Counted from the stretch's first letter, positions 39,673 to 50,329 are shown. The stretch: DNA of 64,000 bases from Desulfobacterales bacterium (GCA_963674755.2 CAXXVS010000003.1:832001-896000); one strand, 5' to 3'. Notes: generated by a model not told the origin, from the sequence alone. Numbers and translations are program-made.

Positions 39673-42600
39673 TTAAGCTATCTCATCCAGCAGGCCTTTG
39701 GCCGCCTTACCGTCGGGGGTATCAAATCCTTCGGTGAGCCGGTTGTAGACGCCAAACAGCAGCCGGCGAGCATCATCGCGCTTTCCCTGCTGCTGCCAGA
39801 GGCGGCATAAATGGGTAGCCGCCCGGAGTTCCAGCGCGATCGAATGTTGACTACGCGCCACCGTTAGGGCTTGCTGGAAACTGTCCTCGGCCCGACTGGC
39901 ATCCGGAGCAGGCTGCCGGAGAAGAAAAGAACCTTTGAGCCGGTAGAGTTCGGCCTCCCACCAACGCTCGCCAATACGCTCGGCTGCCGCAAAAGCCTCT
40001 GAAATGATGTGCAGCCCCTGTCCGGTCTGCCCGCCTTTGCCATATACTTCGGCCAACAGACCTTGATAATAGGGCATCGATCGCTTGGCGTCGGTCTCTT
40101 GCAGCAAGTGCAGACCATTCTGAATCACGGCCGCCCCTTTATCGCAATCGCCCTGTTCGGCAATGGCCCAACCCCTGATGATCATGGCCCATCCCAAGTA
40201 GTAGGCAAACTTCTTTTCCCGGCAGATGATGATCGCTGCTTCCGCCCGTTGAAGCGCCGCCTTGGGTTCCCGGCGAAATTGATGGAATATCGCCGCATAG
40301 TTCAACGCCAGCGCCATGCTGAAGGGATGGGCCAGTTCTTCCGCCAGGATAAGCGCTTCCCGGCTCCTTGTAAGCGCCCGATCCGGATAGCCGGTATGCC
40401 ACAGGGCTTGGGATGCCCAGGCGGCGCAAAATACGCCAAGATCGACCAGCGAGGTATCGGAACGGTGTTTGGGGGGGGGGTAAAGCGCCGCGCCCTTCTC
40501 CAGGTGCTCACTTGCCGGAACGAACTCGGCCATGCAAAACAGCGTTCCGCCTAATGTGAGGTGCGATTGGATGCGGTAAAAGACGTCCGAAGCCCCCTGT
40601 GCCAGTTCGCGGAGCTCCTTGCCCACTTTCAGGGCTTCCGGGTGGTTGGCGCGCACCAGATAAAAGCCCCACAACCCCCAGAGCGTCTGAGAGAGCTGCT
40701 CGGTTTCCCCCAGCTGCCGGCACAACACCCGTGCGCGCAAATAGATGTGCTCCACTTCCCGGGCGGCATATCCCTTGATGGCGATAAGCGACGGGCCGAT
40801 CGCAAGCAGCATCTCGAGTTCGTCTTCGGTGCCTTGGGCGGTCTCCGGTAAGGTCGCCAGGTTTTCCAGGGCCTTTGTCAGATGGGCGATCGCTTCCACA
40901 TGGGCCGATCGCTGTTGCGCCCGGCGGCCCGCCTGGTGCCAGTAGGGGATCGCCTGCTCGGGGCAGTCCGCTTCGGAATAATGGTGGGCGACGATTTCGG
41001 GCTCGGTCTGCACAAGCTCCGGAAATTGTCTTTCCATGAGTTCCGCCGCCGCCCGGTGGTGCACTCGCCGATTCCTTCGCAGCAAGGATCGATAGGCCGC
41101 CTCATGCACCAGGGCGTGTTTGAAGACATATGTCGACCGTGGCGGCCGGCCCCGCTGATACAGCAGTTCGTTCGCAACCAGCCGGCCCAGGCATTCCAGC
41201 AGCATGGGCTCATCCACAGTTGCCAGCGCGCGCAGCATTTCATAGGTAAATTCACGGCCCAGCACGGCGCCCAACTGGGCGATCTCCCTTGCGATCGGCA
41301 CGCGATCGAGCCGCGCCATGAGCGAGTCATGCAAGGTGGCCGGTATGGCCACGCCGGACAACGGCCCTGTGAGCACATAACGGTCCGTGCTTTTCTGAAG
41401 CAGCGAAGATTCCAGGACGGTTTTGGTCAACTCTTCGACGTATAAAGGGACGCCGTCCGCTTTTATGACGATATGGTCGAGGACCTCAGGGGGGAGTTGC
41501 CGGTCGCCTGCCATGTGCCGTATCAAGGCACCGACCTGCTTCTTCTCCAGCCGGTTGATAACAATCGGCGTCATGTGGGAGCGCGGCGCCCAGGGAGAAA
41601 CAAAATCCAGACGGAAGGTCATCACATGCAGCATGTTCACCGTCGGGGCCTGGTCCACGAACAATTCCAACAACTCCAAGGTTGAAGCATCGGCCCAGTG
41701 CAGATCCTCCCAGACCACCAGCGCGGGTTGCCGTTCGGCTTCCTCCTGCAGCCATGCGACCAGGAGATCCTGCGTTTGCTGGCGCAGGTGTTGCGGGCGG
41801 TCGGGGTATTGGTCTTCAGGCAGGGCGACCGACAAGAGCGCGGCCAGGATCGGCACCGCCTCCTGCATCGGCAGGCGGGAGGTTTGCAGGACGCGCTCCA
41901 TTTTGCCCACCTTCATATCGGCGGTGTCGTCCCGGGTGAACCCGAACACCTGCTCAATGTGGGTGATCACCGGGTACAGTGCGCTATGGCGATGATAGGG
42001 CGAACAGCGGAACGTCATACGAGCGCCTTTTTCCGCTGACAGCTGGGCGCAGAGCCCCTCAACCAGAACAGATTTGCCGATACCGGCTTCACCCGAGATG
42101 AGCACCACCTGTCCTGCACCTGCTTTGCTTTGCTCCCAGCGGCGCATTAACAAACCGAGCTCCTCGTCGCGGCCTACAAGGAAAGGGGCTTTGTCGGAAG
42201 GGGTGTGATCCTTGACCGCATACCCTTTGACGGCGCCCCGTACCTGGGAAACCCTCATCGGTTTGGCCACCCCCTTGAGGACATGCGACCCCAGATCTTC
42301 CAGGACGAACGCCTCCTCGACCAAGTGGGCGGTTGTTTCACTGATCACCACCGTATTGGGTGTGGCAATCCCCTGGATACGTGCCGCAATGTTGACGGTT
42401 TCCCCGGTCGCCAGTTGTTCGCATCGATCCGGGTTGCACATCTCACCGACGACCACCGATCCCGTATGGATCCCGATGCGGACGGCCAGCCGAATGCCTT
42501 TTTCCGCCGCCAAGCGCGTATTGAGGGTTGCCGATATGGCATCGATAATTCCCAGGCCGGTGTGCACGGCACGTTGGGCATCATCCTCGTGGGCCTGGGG

Positions 42601-43377
42601 CCAGCCAAAGTAGACCAGGAGACCATCGCCAAGATACTGGGCGATATAGCTCTCATAATGTTGAATGACGCTGGCCGCCGTCGCCTGGTAGGCCCGCATG
42701 ATTTCGCGAAGATCCTCCGGGTCCAGCTGCCCTGAAAGCTTGGTGGATTCTGCCATATCGCAGAACATCACGGTTAAATGGCGCCGTTCGGCTTCCGGGG
42801 AGTCAACATCCGTTGCGGGAGACGGGGGGATCGCGGCGCGGGGTCTCCCGGCCTTTTTGAGAGGCGGATCTATCACGGGTGCATCAGGGGGAGGGACACG
42901 GCTGACGTCCGGGGCCGCCGGCGGATCTTCAAAATCAAGTGAAGCATTCGCAGCAGGTGGCGTCTGGCCTGTCCAAACGAGGCCTGCCCCCTGTTCATCG
43001 CGTACCACCTTTCGGAAGAACAGTTCTTCCCGCAGAAGTTCCAGCACCGTATCGTCGATACCGAAGATGGTCTTCAGGGCGTTGTAGGTAATCCGTTTTT
43101 CGCGCTGGAGCAACAGCATCACGACGGGCAGGAGGGCCTGAAACCGTGTTCTGGTTTTCTGCTCTATCGCGGTGACAGGCGTCTCCGGTTCGGCGAGCCA
43201 GGCGAGCCCCTGGCGATCTTCCTCCACCTGTTGGGGGTATGCATATAGGATGGCTTCTTTGAGATCGTCTAAATAGGGGGTGTCAATGCTGAATTGACGC
43301 TTGAGGGCACGATAGGACACGCGTTTATCACGCTGGAGCCACCTGACGGTTTGTTGCAGCATGTCCTGAAATGTCAT
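39673..43377 (-). CDS. Class III adenylate/guanylate cyclase-AAA (STAND) ATPase-TPR protein
   Basis: ERRHLTVMFCD, YLGDG, RIGIHTG, VNIAAR; Walker A GEAGIGKS; EDLHWAD; C-terminal EGFDTPD. Confidence 0.93.
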   Translation of the reverse strand: MTFQDMLQQTVRWLQRDKRVSYRALKRQFSIDTPYLDDLKEAILYAYPQQVEEDRQGLAWLAEPETPVTAIEQKTRTRFQALLPVVMLLLQREKRITYNALKTIFGIDDTVLELLREELFFRKVVRDEQGAGLVWTGQTPPAANASLDFEDPPAAPDVSRVPPPDAPVIDPPLKKAGRPRAAIPPSPATDVDSPEAERRHLTVMFCDMAESTKLSGQLDPEDLREIMRAYQATAASVIQHYESYIAQYLGDGLLVYFGWPQAHEDDAQRAVHTGLGIIDAISATLNTRLAAEKGIRLAVRIGIHTGSVVVGEMCNPDRCEQLATGETVNIAARIQGIATPNTVVISETTAHLVEEAFVLEDLGSHVLKGVAKPMRVSQVRGAVKGYAVKDHTPSDKAPFLVGRDEELGLLMRRWEQSKAGAGQVVLISGEAGIGKSVLVEGLCAQLSAEKGARMTFRCSPYHRHSALYPVITHIEQVFGFTRDDTADMKVGKMERVLQTSRLPMQEAVPILAALLSVALPEDQYPDRPQHLRQQTQDLLVAWLQEEAERQPALVVWEDLHWADASTLELLELFVDQAPTVNMLHVMTFRLDFVSPWAPRSHMTPIVINRLEKKQVGALIRHMAGDRQLPPEVLDHIVIKADGVPLYVEELTKTVLESSLLQKSTDRYVLTGPLSGVAIPATLHDSLMARLDRVPIAREIAQLGAVLGREFTYEMLRALATVDEPMLLECLGRLVANELLYQRGRPPRSTYVFKHALVHEAAYRSLLRRNRRVHHRAAAELMERQFPELVQTEPEIVAHHYSEADCPEQAIPYWHQAGRRAQQRSAHVEAIAHLTKALENLATLPETAQGTEDELEMLLAIGPSLIAIKGYAAREVEHIYLRARVLCRQLGETEQLSQTLWGLWGFYLVRANHPEALKVGKELRELAQGASDVFYRIQSHLTLGGTLFCMAEFVPASEHLEKGAALYPPPKHRSDTSLVDLGVFCAAWASQALWHTGYPDRALTRSREALILAEELAHPFSMALALNYAAIFHQFRREPKAALQRAEAAIIICREKKFAYYLGWAMIIRGWAIAEQGDCDKGAAVIQNGLHLLQETDAKRSMPYYQGLLAEVYGKGGQTGQGLHIISEAFAAAERIGERWWEAELYRLKGSFLLRQPAPDASRAEDSFQQALTVARSQHSIALELRAATHLCRLWQQQGKRDDARRLLFGVYNRLTEGFDTPDGKAAKGLLDEIA

Positions 43378-43489
43378 GGTTTCCTCTTCGCCGCATTGAT
43401 CTCTGCCAGCCAAGGATAATGGGTCGTGATGCGGTCGAAGTCCAAGCGTTGGACCGCTCTTGCCGTGTGCTTGTCGTTGCGGACGCGTC

Positions 43490-44878
43490 TTACGCCGACG
43501 GTTTGATGTTCTGGTTGATCCGGAAAAAATTTTCCGGGTCGTACTTCTTTTTAATCTGTTCCAGCCTGTTCTGGTTGACCCCGTAGGCCGACGGAATGCG
43601 GGTCACTTCTTCCTCGGTCATGAAGTTGACGTAGGCGCTGCCCGTGGCAAAGGGTTCGACGTGGGCGAAGAATTCGCGAGCCCAGGCGATGCAGGCCTGG
43701 TCTTCTTCGGCGGTTTCCCAGCGGGCATGCATGTTCATGACAAATTGGGTATCCCGGGCGCTGTAGGCCGTGGCGTCCGGTGCCACGCGGCTGGCTTGCC
43801 CGCCGAGAAGGGCAATAAAGGTTTCGCACTGGGGTGAGGGAAGTCGGCCGGCGTATTCGATGGCCGTGGCGATCGCACCGTCGCTCAGATCGGTGAAATT
43901 ATGAGATTTCCAATAATTGCGGGCGCCCGGGGTCAATAGCGGATCGAAGGCTTTTTGCCATGCCGTAAACGGCATGGGGCCGATATGTTCACCGCAGGAT
44001 GGGCCAAAATCTTGAAGCGGCTCGATGGCCGCCATGCCCTGCGCGGGGTCCCCGTCGAAGAACAACGCCAGGACGACGACATCCTTGCCGTGGACGGCTT
44101 CGGGCAAAAACGGCAGCGGCGGTGCCTTTCTAAGCACAACCCATACGTTCAAATCCGCATGAAGGGTCTCCACGAACCGTCGATACGCGGTCAGAATGGT
44201 TTCGGCCTGCTCGAAGGGATAGACAATCAGGCCGGCCAGTATCTCCGGACCCACGGGGTGGAGCTGAAATTCAAACAGGGTCACGATGCCGAAGTTTCCC
44301 CCGCCGCCGCGAATCGCCCAGAACAGGTCGGGATTTTCATCGGCACTGGCCCGCACCCGTTTGGCATCGGCGGTGATGATCTCGACCGCGATCAGATTGT
44401 CGACGGTCATGCCATGTTTGCGTGTCAACCAGCCAAAGCCGCCGCCCAGGGTCAACCCGGCTATACCGGTTGTGGAATTGATTCCCAGCGAAGTGGCCAA
44501 ACCGAACGCCTGGGCCTCATGGTCGAAATCCCCAAGGCTGGCACCCGGTTCCACATAAGCACGCCGGGTGTCGGGATTGATGTGTACCGATTTCATGGCC
44601 GACAGGTCGATCAGAAGGCCATCGTCGCATAATGCCGAGCCGCCGATGTTGTGCCCGCCGCCGCGAACCGAAACCCGCAAGCCGTTGTGGCGGGCGACGG
44701 TCACCGCGAGTATGACATCGGCAACGCCGGCGCACCGAACAATTCCGGCGGGCCGCCGGTCGATCATGGCATTCCAAATTTTACGGGCGTCTTCATAGCC
44801 GGCATCGCCGGGCAGCAGCACCGGCCCTCGGGCTCGGGTCTTGAGCGTTTCAACGACAGACGGGGATAGTTTGACCAT
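43490..44878 (-). CDS. FAD-linked oxidase (VAO/BBE family)
   Basis: RGGGHN, GLTLGGGFG, LFWAIRGGGGNFG, KKKYDPENFF BBE terminus; AAGGAG RBS before MVKLS. Confidence 0.92.
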   Translation of the reverse strand: MVKLSPSVVETLKTRARGPVLLPGDAGYEDARKIWNAMIDRRPAGIVRCAGVADVILAVTVARHNGLRVSVRGGGHNIGGSALCDDGLLIDLSAMKSVHINPDTRRAYVEPGASLGDFDHEAQAFGLATSLGINSTTGIAGLTLGGGFGWLTRKHGMTVDNLIAVEIITADAKRVRASADENPDLFWAIRGGGGNFGIVTLFEFQLHPVGPEILAGLIVYPFEQAETILTAYRRFVETLHADLNVWVVLRKAPPLPFLPEAVHGKDVVVLALFFDGDPAQGMAAIEPLQDFGPSCGEHIGPMPFTAWQKAFDPLLTPGARNYWKSHNFTDLSDGAIATAIEYAGRLPSPQCETFIALLGGQASRVAPDATAYSARDTQFVMNMHARWETAEEDQACIAWAREFFAHVEPFATGSAYVNFMTEEEVTRIPSAYGVNQNRLEQIKKKYDPENFFRINQNIKPSA

Positions 44879-45316
44879 GGTATGTCTCCTTGTTGAAATC
44901 GGCAATGGATCGGTCAGGGCCCCGGCAGATGGCGGCAGATGAAGCAACGGCAGCAATCGCGGAAGGAGACGGCCAGGACGGCCTTGGAAGCGATGCCGTT
45001 CCGGATGCTCAGAGGGCGGTTCCTGGTCCGTTCAGGTTCGGCCCGTTAGGGGGTGTAGCGGCCCTGAAGAATCGTGAACTTTATCGGATGAAGAATTATG
45101 TCGCGTTGGAGATATTGGTCTGAACTTAACCACATATCGGGTCGATGCAAGCCAATCCGCCACAGCGGAAAGCGATTCATCGACAGGGGTGTGCCTGCGC
45201 CGGCCGAGAATGTGACAGGGGTCCGTCCGCCTCGGGCCGGCAAGATTCTGATCGGGTCGCGGCTGCATACCGCAACCGTGATGACCGTATGGTCTCCCCG
45301 CCGTTCGTGCGCGGTT

Positions 45317-47755
45317 TTATAGATACAGAAAATAGGTCACGGCCACCAGGATGGCGACGTAGATCACCGCCAGGGGGCCCCCGATCTTGATGTAATCCCG
45401 GGTCCGGTAGGCACCGGGTCCCATATAGAGGGCGTTGACCTGGTGGGTGGGCAGGATAAAGGAATTGGACACCCCTATCCCCACGACGATGGCGGCCACG
45501 CGGGGATCCACCCCGATCTGGGTGGCGATGGAAATCCCCAGGGGCAATAGCAGGGTCAGGGCCCCCACATTCGAGATGACCATGGTGAAGCCGCAGCTCA
45601 GGAGCGCCATCACCACCAGAAACAGCAGCGGCGTCATCAGGGGGCCGAGTCCGGCCACGATGCCCCGGGCCATCCAGGCCGCCGTTCCGGTCTGATTCAT
45701 GGCCATGCCCAGCGGGATGAGACCCCCCAGCAGGAAGACGGTGCGCCAGTCCACGGCCCGGTAGGCCTCGTTGATGGTGATGACCCGCGCCAGCACCATG
45801 CCCACGGCCCCCAGCATGAGGCAGACCGAAAGGGGAATCGGGTTGTAGGCCAGGCGCTGGAAGTAAAAGCTGGACAACACCATCAAGAGCAGGGTCACCG
45901 CAAAAATACTTCCCGCCCAGGCTGCCTTTTCAGGCTTGTGGAATTCTTTTTCGAAAGGCGTGATGATGATCAGGTTGCGGTGCAGGTCCTCGATGGCATG
46001 CAATTGTTCCCAGGTGCCGTGCACGAGGATGGCATCTCCGGCCTGCAGTGGCCGGTCGGCCAGCTGCTTATAGTAGGTCTTGCCGGTCTGATGAATGGCC
46101 AGGGGGTTGAGCCCGAAGGTTTCCCGGAACCGGATTTGTTTGATCGTCTGGCCGATGAGGCTGGAACGCGGCGAGACGACGCCCTCCACAACGCCTGCCA
46201 GGGACGGGTTGAACATATTGTCCTTGAAGCATTGGGGCTCTTCGACCAGGGTCAGGCCGTAATCCTTGACAAATAGCAGGACCGCCTTGGGCGGGCCGTA
46301 GACGCACAGGATTTGACCCGGCCGGATGGTGCTTTGGGGAGAGGGGGCGATCTCGCAGGCGCTTTCCGTTTTAGCCGAGGCCACGATGTTGACCAGATAG
46401 CGGTGGCGAATATCGACCACGGACAGGGGCCGCTGCCCGGCCTGAAAGGTTTCGGGCACCAGGATTTCGAAGGGGCCCTTGATCAGCGGATAGGCGCTCA
46501 GAATCCCGTCTGCGTCGTGCCCGGCGCTTCCGGGGCGGCCTTCGGACCGACGCGCCGGGTGTCCGGCCAGCACGCGCATGCCGAACGTGGAGAGATAGGC
46601 GATGCCGCCTACCACCAGGGCCAGGCCGATGGGGGTCAGTTCCAGAAAGGTGAATTTGGGCATGCCGGGCGGCAGGATATCGTTCAACAGGATCAGCGGG
46701 CTCGTACCGATCATGGTCAGGGTGCCGCCCAGAATGGCGGCCATCCCGATGGGCATCAGCACCCGCGAAACGGGGATTTTAAGCCGGTAGGAGGCCACCA
46801 GCCGGATGGCCGGCAGAAAGAGCACGGCCGCGCCGGTATTCTGCATGACGCTGGAGATGAGCGCGATCATGCCGGAAAAAATAACGGTCAGGCGACGGGA
46901 ACTCGTTCCCACATACTTGATCAGGGGCTGGATCATCCGGTTGACCAGCCCGGCCCGGTTCAGCCCATAGCTGATGATCATGACCCCGATGATCGCCACC
47001 ACGGCATTGCTGCTGAGGCCCTTGAAGGTGTCCTGGGAATTCAGCAGCCCCAATTCGGGCAGCAGGACCATCATGGCGATGGCCACCACGTCCACCCGCA
47101 CCCATTCCACGATAAAGAAAAATACAGCTGCCAGGATAACGGCCAGCATCAGCAGCTTGGTGCCGATGTGGGTGTCGACGTCCACCGCCAGCTTGACGAT
47201 CCCCTGGTCCCGGACAGGTTCTCCCCGGGCGGTGGCCAGCCTCCCGTAGATATCCATCCATAGGGTATGCTTCCCGGCCCGGGTGCGCGTGCCCACCCGG
47301 TATTTCACCGCAGCGGTCAGCAATGAGGCATCCGGATGGGCGGCCCGGTCAAATTTGACCAGGATATGCTGGTGGGGCCGGTCCGGGTGCGCGGGATCCA
47401 AAAAAGCGATGCCGCTGCCCTCCGGGGCGGCGATCCAGACCAGCAGCGGAGAAGCGGCCTGATGATCCCAAAGGAGGCGCTTTTCAGAGGCCGTGGCCGA
47501 GTTGTCTATGTGGGCCTCGAGATTGATGTGGCCGCTCTCACCGGCAATCAAAGTGCCCAACGGTTCCTTTACCTGGAGGACAATGTGGAGGGGAGCGCGG
47601 GACAGTCGTGGGGCAGAGGCCTGGGCGGCCGGCGATCCGGCCGGGGGCGGCGGGGTTGCGGCACGGGCGGTGCGGTTGGCGGAAGATCCGGTAACCAGCC
47701 CGAAGGCCGCCAAGAATAGCACGACGATATAAGTGGAACACTTAGGCATACGCAT
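45317..47755 (-). CDS. SLC13/DASS family permease with TrkA-C domains and an N-terminal extracytoplasmic extension
   Basis: LGGTLTMIGTSP, two TrkA-C-like domains, PTHQVNALYMGPG; about 200-aa N-terminal region with signal-like segment. Confidence 0.88.
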   Translation of the reverse strand: MRMPKCSTYIVVLFLAAFGLVTGSSANRTARAATPPPPAGSPAAQASAPRLSRAPLHIVLQVKEPLGTLIAGESGHINLEAHIDNSATASEKRLLWDHQAASPLLVWIAAPEGSGIAFLDPAHPDRPHQHILVKFDRAAHPDASLLTAAVKYRVGTRTRAGKHTLWMDIYGRLATARGEPVRDQGIVKLAVDVDTHIGTKLLMLAVILAAVFFFIVEWVRVDVVAIAMMVLLPELGLLNSQDTFKGLSSNAVVAIIGVMIISYGLNRAGLVNRMIQPLIKYVGTSSRRLTVIFSGMIALISSVMQNTGAAVLFLPAIRLVASYRLKIPVSRVLMPIGMAAILGGTLTMIGTSPLILLNDILPPGMPKFTFLELTPIGLALVVGGIAYLSTFGMRVLAGHPARRSEGRPGSAGHDADGILSAYPLIKGPFEILVPETFQAGQRPLSVVDIRHRYLVNIVASAKTESACEIAPSPQSTIRPGQILCVYGPPKAVLLFVKDYGLTLVEEPQCFKDNMFNPSLAGVVEGVVSPRSSLIGQTIKQIRFRETFGLNPLAIHQTGKTYYKQLADRPLQAGDAILVHGTWEQLHAIEDLHRNLIIITPFEKEFHKPEKAAWAGSIFAVTLLLMVLSSFYFQRLAYNPIPLSVCLMLGAVGMVLARVITINEAYRAVDWRTVFLLGGLIPLGMAMNQTGTAAWMARGIVAGLGPLMTPLLFLVVMALLSCGFTMVISNVGALTLLLPLGISIATQIGVDPRVAAIVVGIGVSNSFILPTHQVNALYMGPGAYRTRDYIKIGGPLAVIYVAILVAVTYFLYL

Positions 47756-47937
47756 TGCGCGATCAGCCTCAACCATTTTGCGTATTATAAAACTGCCACC
47801 AGACCAGTTCAGGATGAATGGAGATATCGATTGATAAATAGTATCCATCCAGAGGATGCCATCTATGGTTGGCTACTTACAATGCTTACCGCGGATCAGC
47901 TGCAAGATGCAAGAGGGCTGATCATACCGCTATTATC

Positions 47938-48070
47938 GACGGGGTTGTCAACAAGTCCCCGAGCCGTCACGAGTGCGAATGCAGACACCCAAAACCAGCG
48001 GAAATGACAGGCTCCCCGTCTTCTGCGGTGATCATAAAACGACACCTTCAAGGCCTCTTTTCGAGTTCAA
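47938..48070. repeat. Highly degenerate REP/MITE-like element at the left edge of the AT-rich island
   Basis: GACGGGGTTGTCAACAAGTCC...GTCACGAGTGCGAATGCAGACACCC, loosely like the element at 27834. Confidence 0.3.
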
Positions 48071-48270
48071 AATGATTGTCATCATTTTGAATCAACAAAA
48101 TTTGTTTATATTGTAGTAAATATCTGATTTAATATTGTTATTAAAAAATTTCAGCGCTAATGGCGATTTTTTTGTAAATTGTCTCATATTTCCCGTTTTC
48201 GTTAAAAAACAGCAGCATGATATTATTATATTTATGGGATTTAATAAGTAATCAATTTAGAGGATTGTTT

Positions 48271-49053
48271 ATGAGTAAAAAGGTCGTTGATTATTACACG
48301 GAAATATTTAGTGAAAATGAACGTCATGAAGATGGTTTTGGTCAAATTCAACGACAGCGTACACTTAATATTTTTAAACAATACCTTCAAGGTAAGCCTC
48401 GCAAAATAATTGATATTGGTGGAGCAACTGGTGCGTATTCATTTGATTTAGCAAAAGCTGGTCATAATGTGCATCTATTAGACATAGTGCCCGCTCATAT
48501 AGAAAAGGCTGAAAGAATCGGTTTGGATAAAGGAATTCTCCTTGATGGTTACCATGTTGGTGACGCTAAGGATTTAGAATTTGAAGATAACTCATTTGAC
48601 GCTGTGATCTTGCATGGTCCGCTATATCACATCACAGGCTTAGTTGAGAGAAAGAAAGTCCTCAATGAAGCTCTTCGGATTCTAAAGCCCAATGGGGTTC
48701 TGTTTGGTTTTGCAATTAATCGCTATGCGGGTGTTTTCTACGGTATTCATAGTGAGCTTATTCTGGATGACACCTATTTTGAAATGGTTAAAACAGAAGT
48801 AGAAACAGGTTTTAGAACTCGTAATCCAACTTGGCATTTTCATTTGCCTGAAGAATTAGAAGCAGAAATAACGTCGTCAGGCTTCAAAATAGAGGCAACG
48901 AAAGGCGTAGTTAGCCCTGTTTGGATGCTTCCTGATATTGAGTCAAAACTAGCTGATGCTGAAATGCATGAAAAAATAATTAGGGTTTGCGAGCTTCTTG
49001 AGAATGAGCCTAAGATTGGACAGGATTTTGTGTGCATCGGGCGAAAACAATAG
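48271..49053 (+). CDS. Class I SAM-dependent methyltransferase (cassette-like)
   Basis: IIDIGGATGAYS, GDAKDL, GPLYH, LKPNG; AT-rich; followed by an attC-like site. Confidence 0.88.
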   Translation: MSKKVVDYYTEIFSENERHEDGFGQIQRQRTLNIFKQYLQGKPRKIIDIGGATGAYSFDLAKAGHNVHLLDIVPAHIEKAERIGLDKGILLDGYHVGDAKDLEFEDNSFDAVILHGPLYHITGLVERKKVLNEALRILKPNGVLFGFAINRYAGVFYGIHSELILDDTYFEMVKTEVETGFRTRNPTWHFHLPEELEAEITSSGFKIEATKGVVSPVWMLPDIESKLADAEMHEKIIRVCELLENEPKIGQDFVCIGRKQ

Positions 49054-49060
49054 TCAGCTC

Positions 49061-49121
49061 CCATACACAATAAAATTCAGCGGACGCAAAAAAGCCGCGC
49101 CGCTGATTTAAGCGGTTATGA
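49061..49121 (+). other. attC-like recombination site
   Basis: CCATACAC-AATAAAATTCAGCGGACGC-AAAAAAGCC-GCGCCGCTGATTTAAGCG-GTTATGA: imperfect palindrome with an extrahelical base, just after a stop codon, ending in a GTT core. Confidence 0.75.
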
Positions 49122-49206
49122 GTCAATCAATGACATTCCTAAATTTTAAAAAAACATGTAAATCATTCTAATTAAAAAATCTGCTATACCAAGGAGAATT
49201 GGCTAA

Positions 49207-50034
49207 ATGTCAATTGGAAAACGTATAATTGAAACCGCAATTGAAAACGGTGCAACACTTGCCGGTATAGCAAGCATGGAAGCGCTTAAAATATCGGCGT
49301 CTCACATGATATATAATAAAATGATGGATTGTGCCGGAATTAATCCTGTTAAAGATGTTGAGGGCCTTCCTGACAACGAATTCATCACTGATGACCAATC
49401 ACTTCAAGGCAATGAGTTGTTCACATGGCCTGACTCAGTAAAATCAATACTCGTCATCGGACTTTCGCATCCAAAAGATAATCCGGAGCTTGATTGGTGG
49501 GATGGTAGAGGTACGCTTGGCAATCGTATATTAATTGATATTATAAAGCGGACAAGTCAACAGATTGACAATTATCTGAAAGTAAGGACCCGAAAGCTTC
49601 ATTATTACGTTGAAAAAGGGGGCATTTTTCTTAAAGATGCAGCCGTGCTTGCCGGGTTAGGATGTATTGGAAAGAATAATATGCTTATAACACCGTCAAA
49701 TGGTCCCAGGATTCGACTCAGGGCCCTATTTTTAGATGATAAAATACACCCAACCGGGCCAATAGACTTTGACCCCTGTGCCGCTTGTAAAGTTCACTGT
49801 CGAAGAGTTTGTCCCGAAAATGCCATGGCTGAGAAAGCTTCAATGTTTGAGTCAATTGAATTTTCTGGAGCCTTGCCAGGAAGAGATGGCACGTATAGTA
49901 GAGAGCGCTGTAATAATAGAATGAAAAAAGATATTACCGAAAGCACTAGAAACAACAGCGACAAAAAAACTGCGATAAAATTCTGTAGAAAGTGTGAGTT
50001 TATTTGCCCTGTAGGAAAGAGGCGAACGGTATAA
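49207..50034 (+). CDS. Epoxyqueuosine reductase (QueG)-like Fe-S protein
   Basis: LKDAAVLAGLGCIGKNNMLITP..GPRIRL, CAACKVHCRRVCP, CRKCEFICP. Confidence 0.85.
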   Translation: MSIGKRIIETAIENGATLAGIASMEALKISASHMIYNKMMDCAGINPVKDVEGLPDNEFITDDQSLQGNELFTWPDSVKSILVIGLSHPKDNPELDWWDGRGTLGNRILIDIIKRTSQQIDNYLKVRTRKLHYYVEKGGIFLKDAAVLAGLGCIGKNNMLITPSNGPRIRLRALFLDDKIHPTGPIDFDPCAACKVHCRRVCPENAMAEKASMFESIEFSGALPGRDGTYSRERCNNRMKKDITESTRNNSDKKTAIKFCRKCEFICPVGKRRTV

Positions 50035-50116
50035 ATTGGAATATAGCCACATAACATCTATATGGCCTTCGGTTGTCAAGGGAAAAACTTCTCCTGTAGA
50101 TCGAAAGAGGTAAAGA

Positions 50117-50174
50117 GGTCAAGTCTGCCCATGACTCAATTAAATTTCAGGATGAGTCATGGGCAGACTTGACC
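50117..50174. repeat. Perfect 22-bp inverted repeat (REP-like)
   Basis: GGTCAAGTCTGCCCATGACTCA-14nt-TGAGTCATGGGCAGACTTGACC. Confidence 0.85.
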
Positions 50175-50329
50175 CCAATACTCCTGGATTGTTGAGAATT
50201 CACAGCTTTATTCAGATATCAATTCATTAATCATGAAGGATATAATTCGAATAAATTCTGTTGAGGATATTTGTAAGCATCTGGAGTCCATTATTGAAAA
50301 TAATCCAAAACGCAAGCAGATGATTAAAT

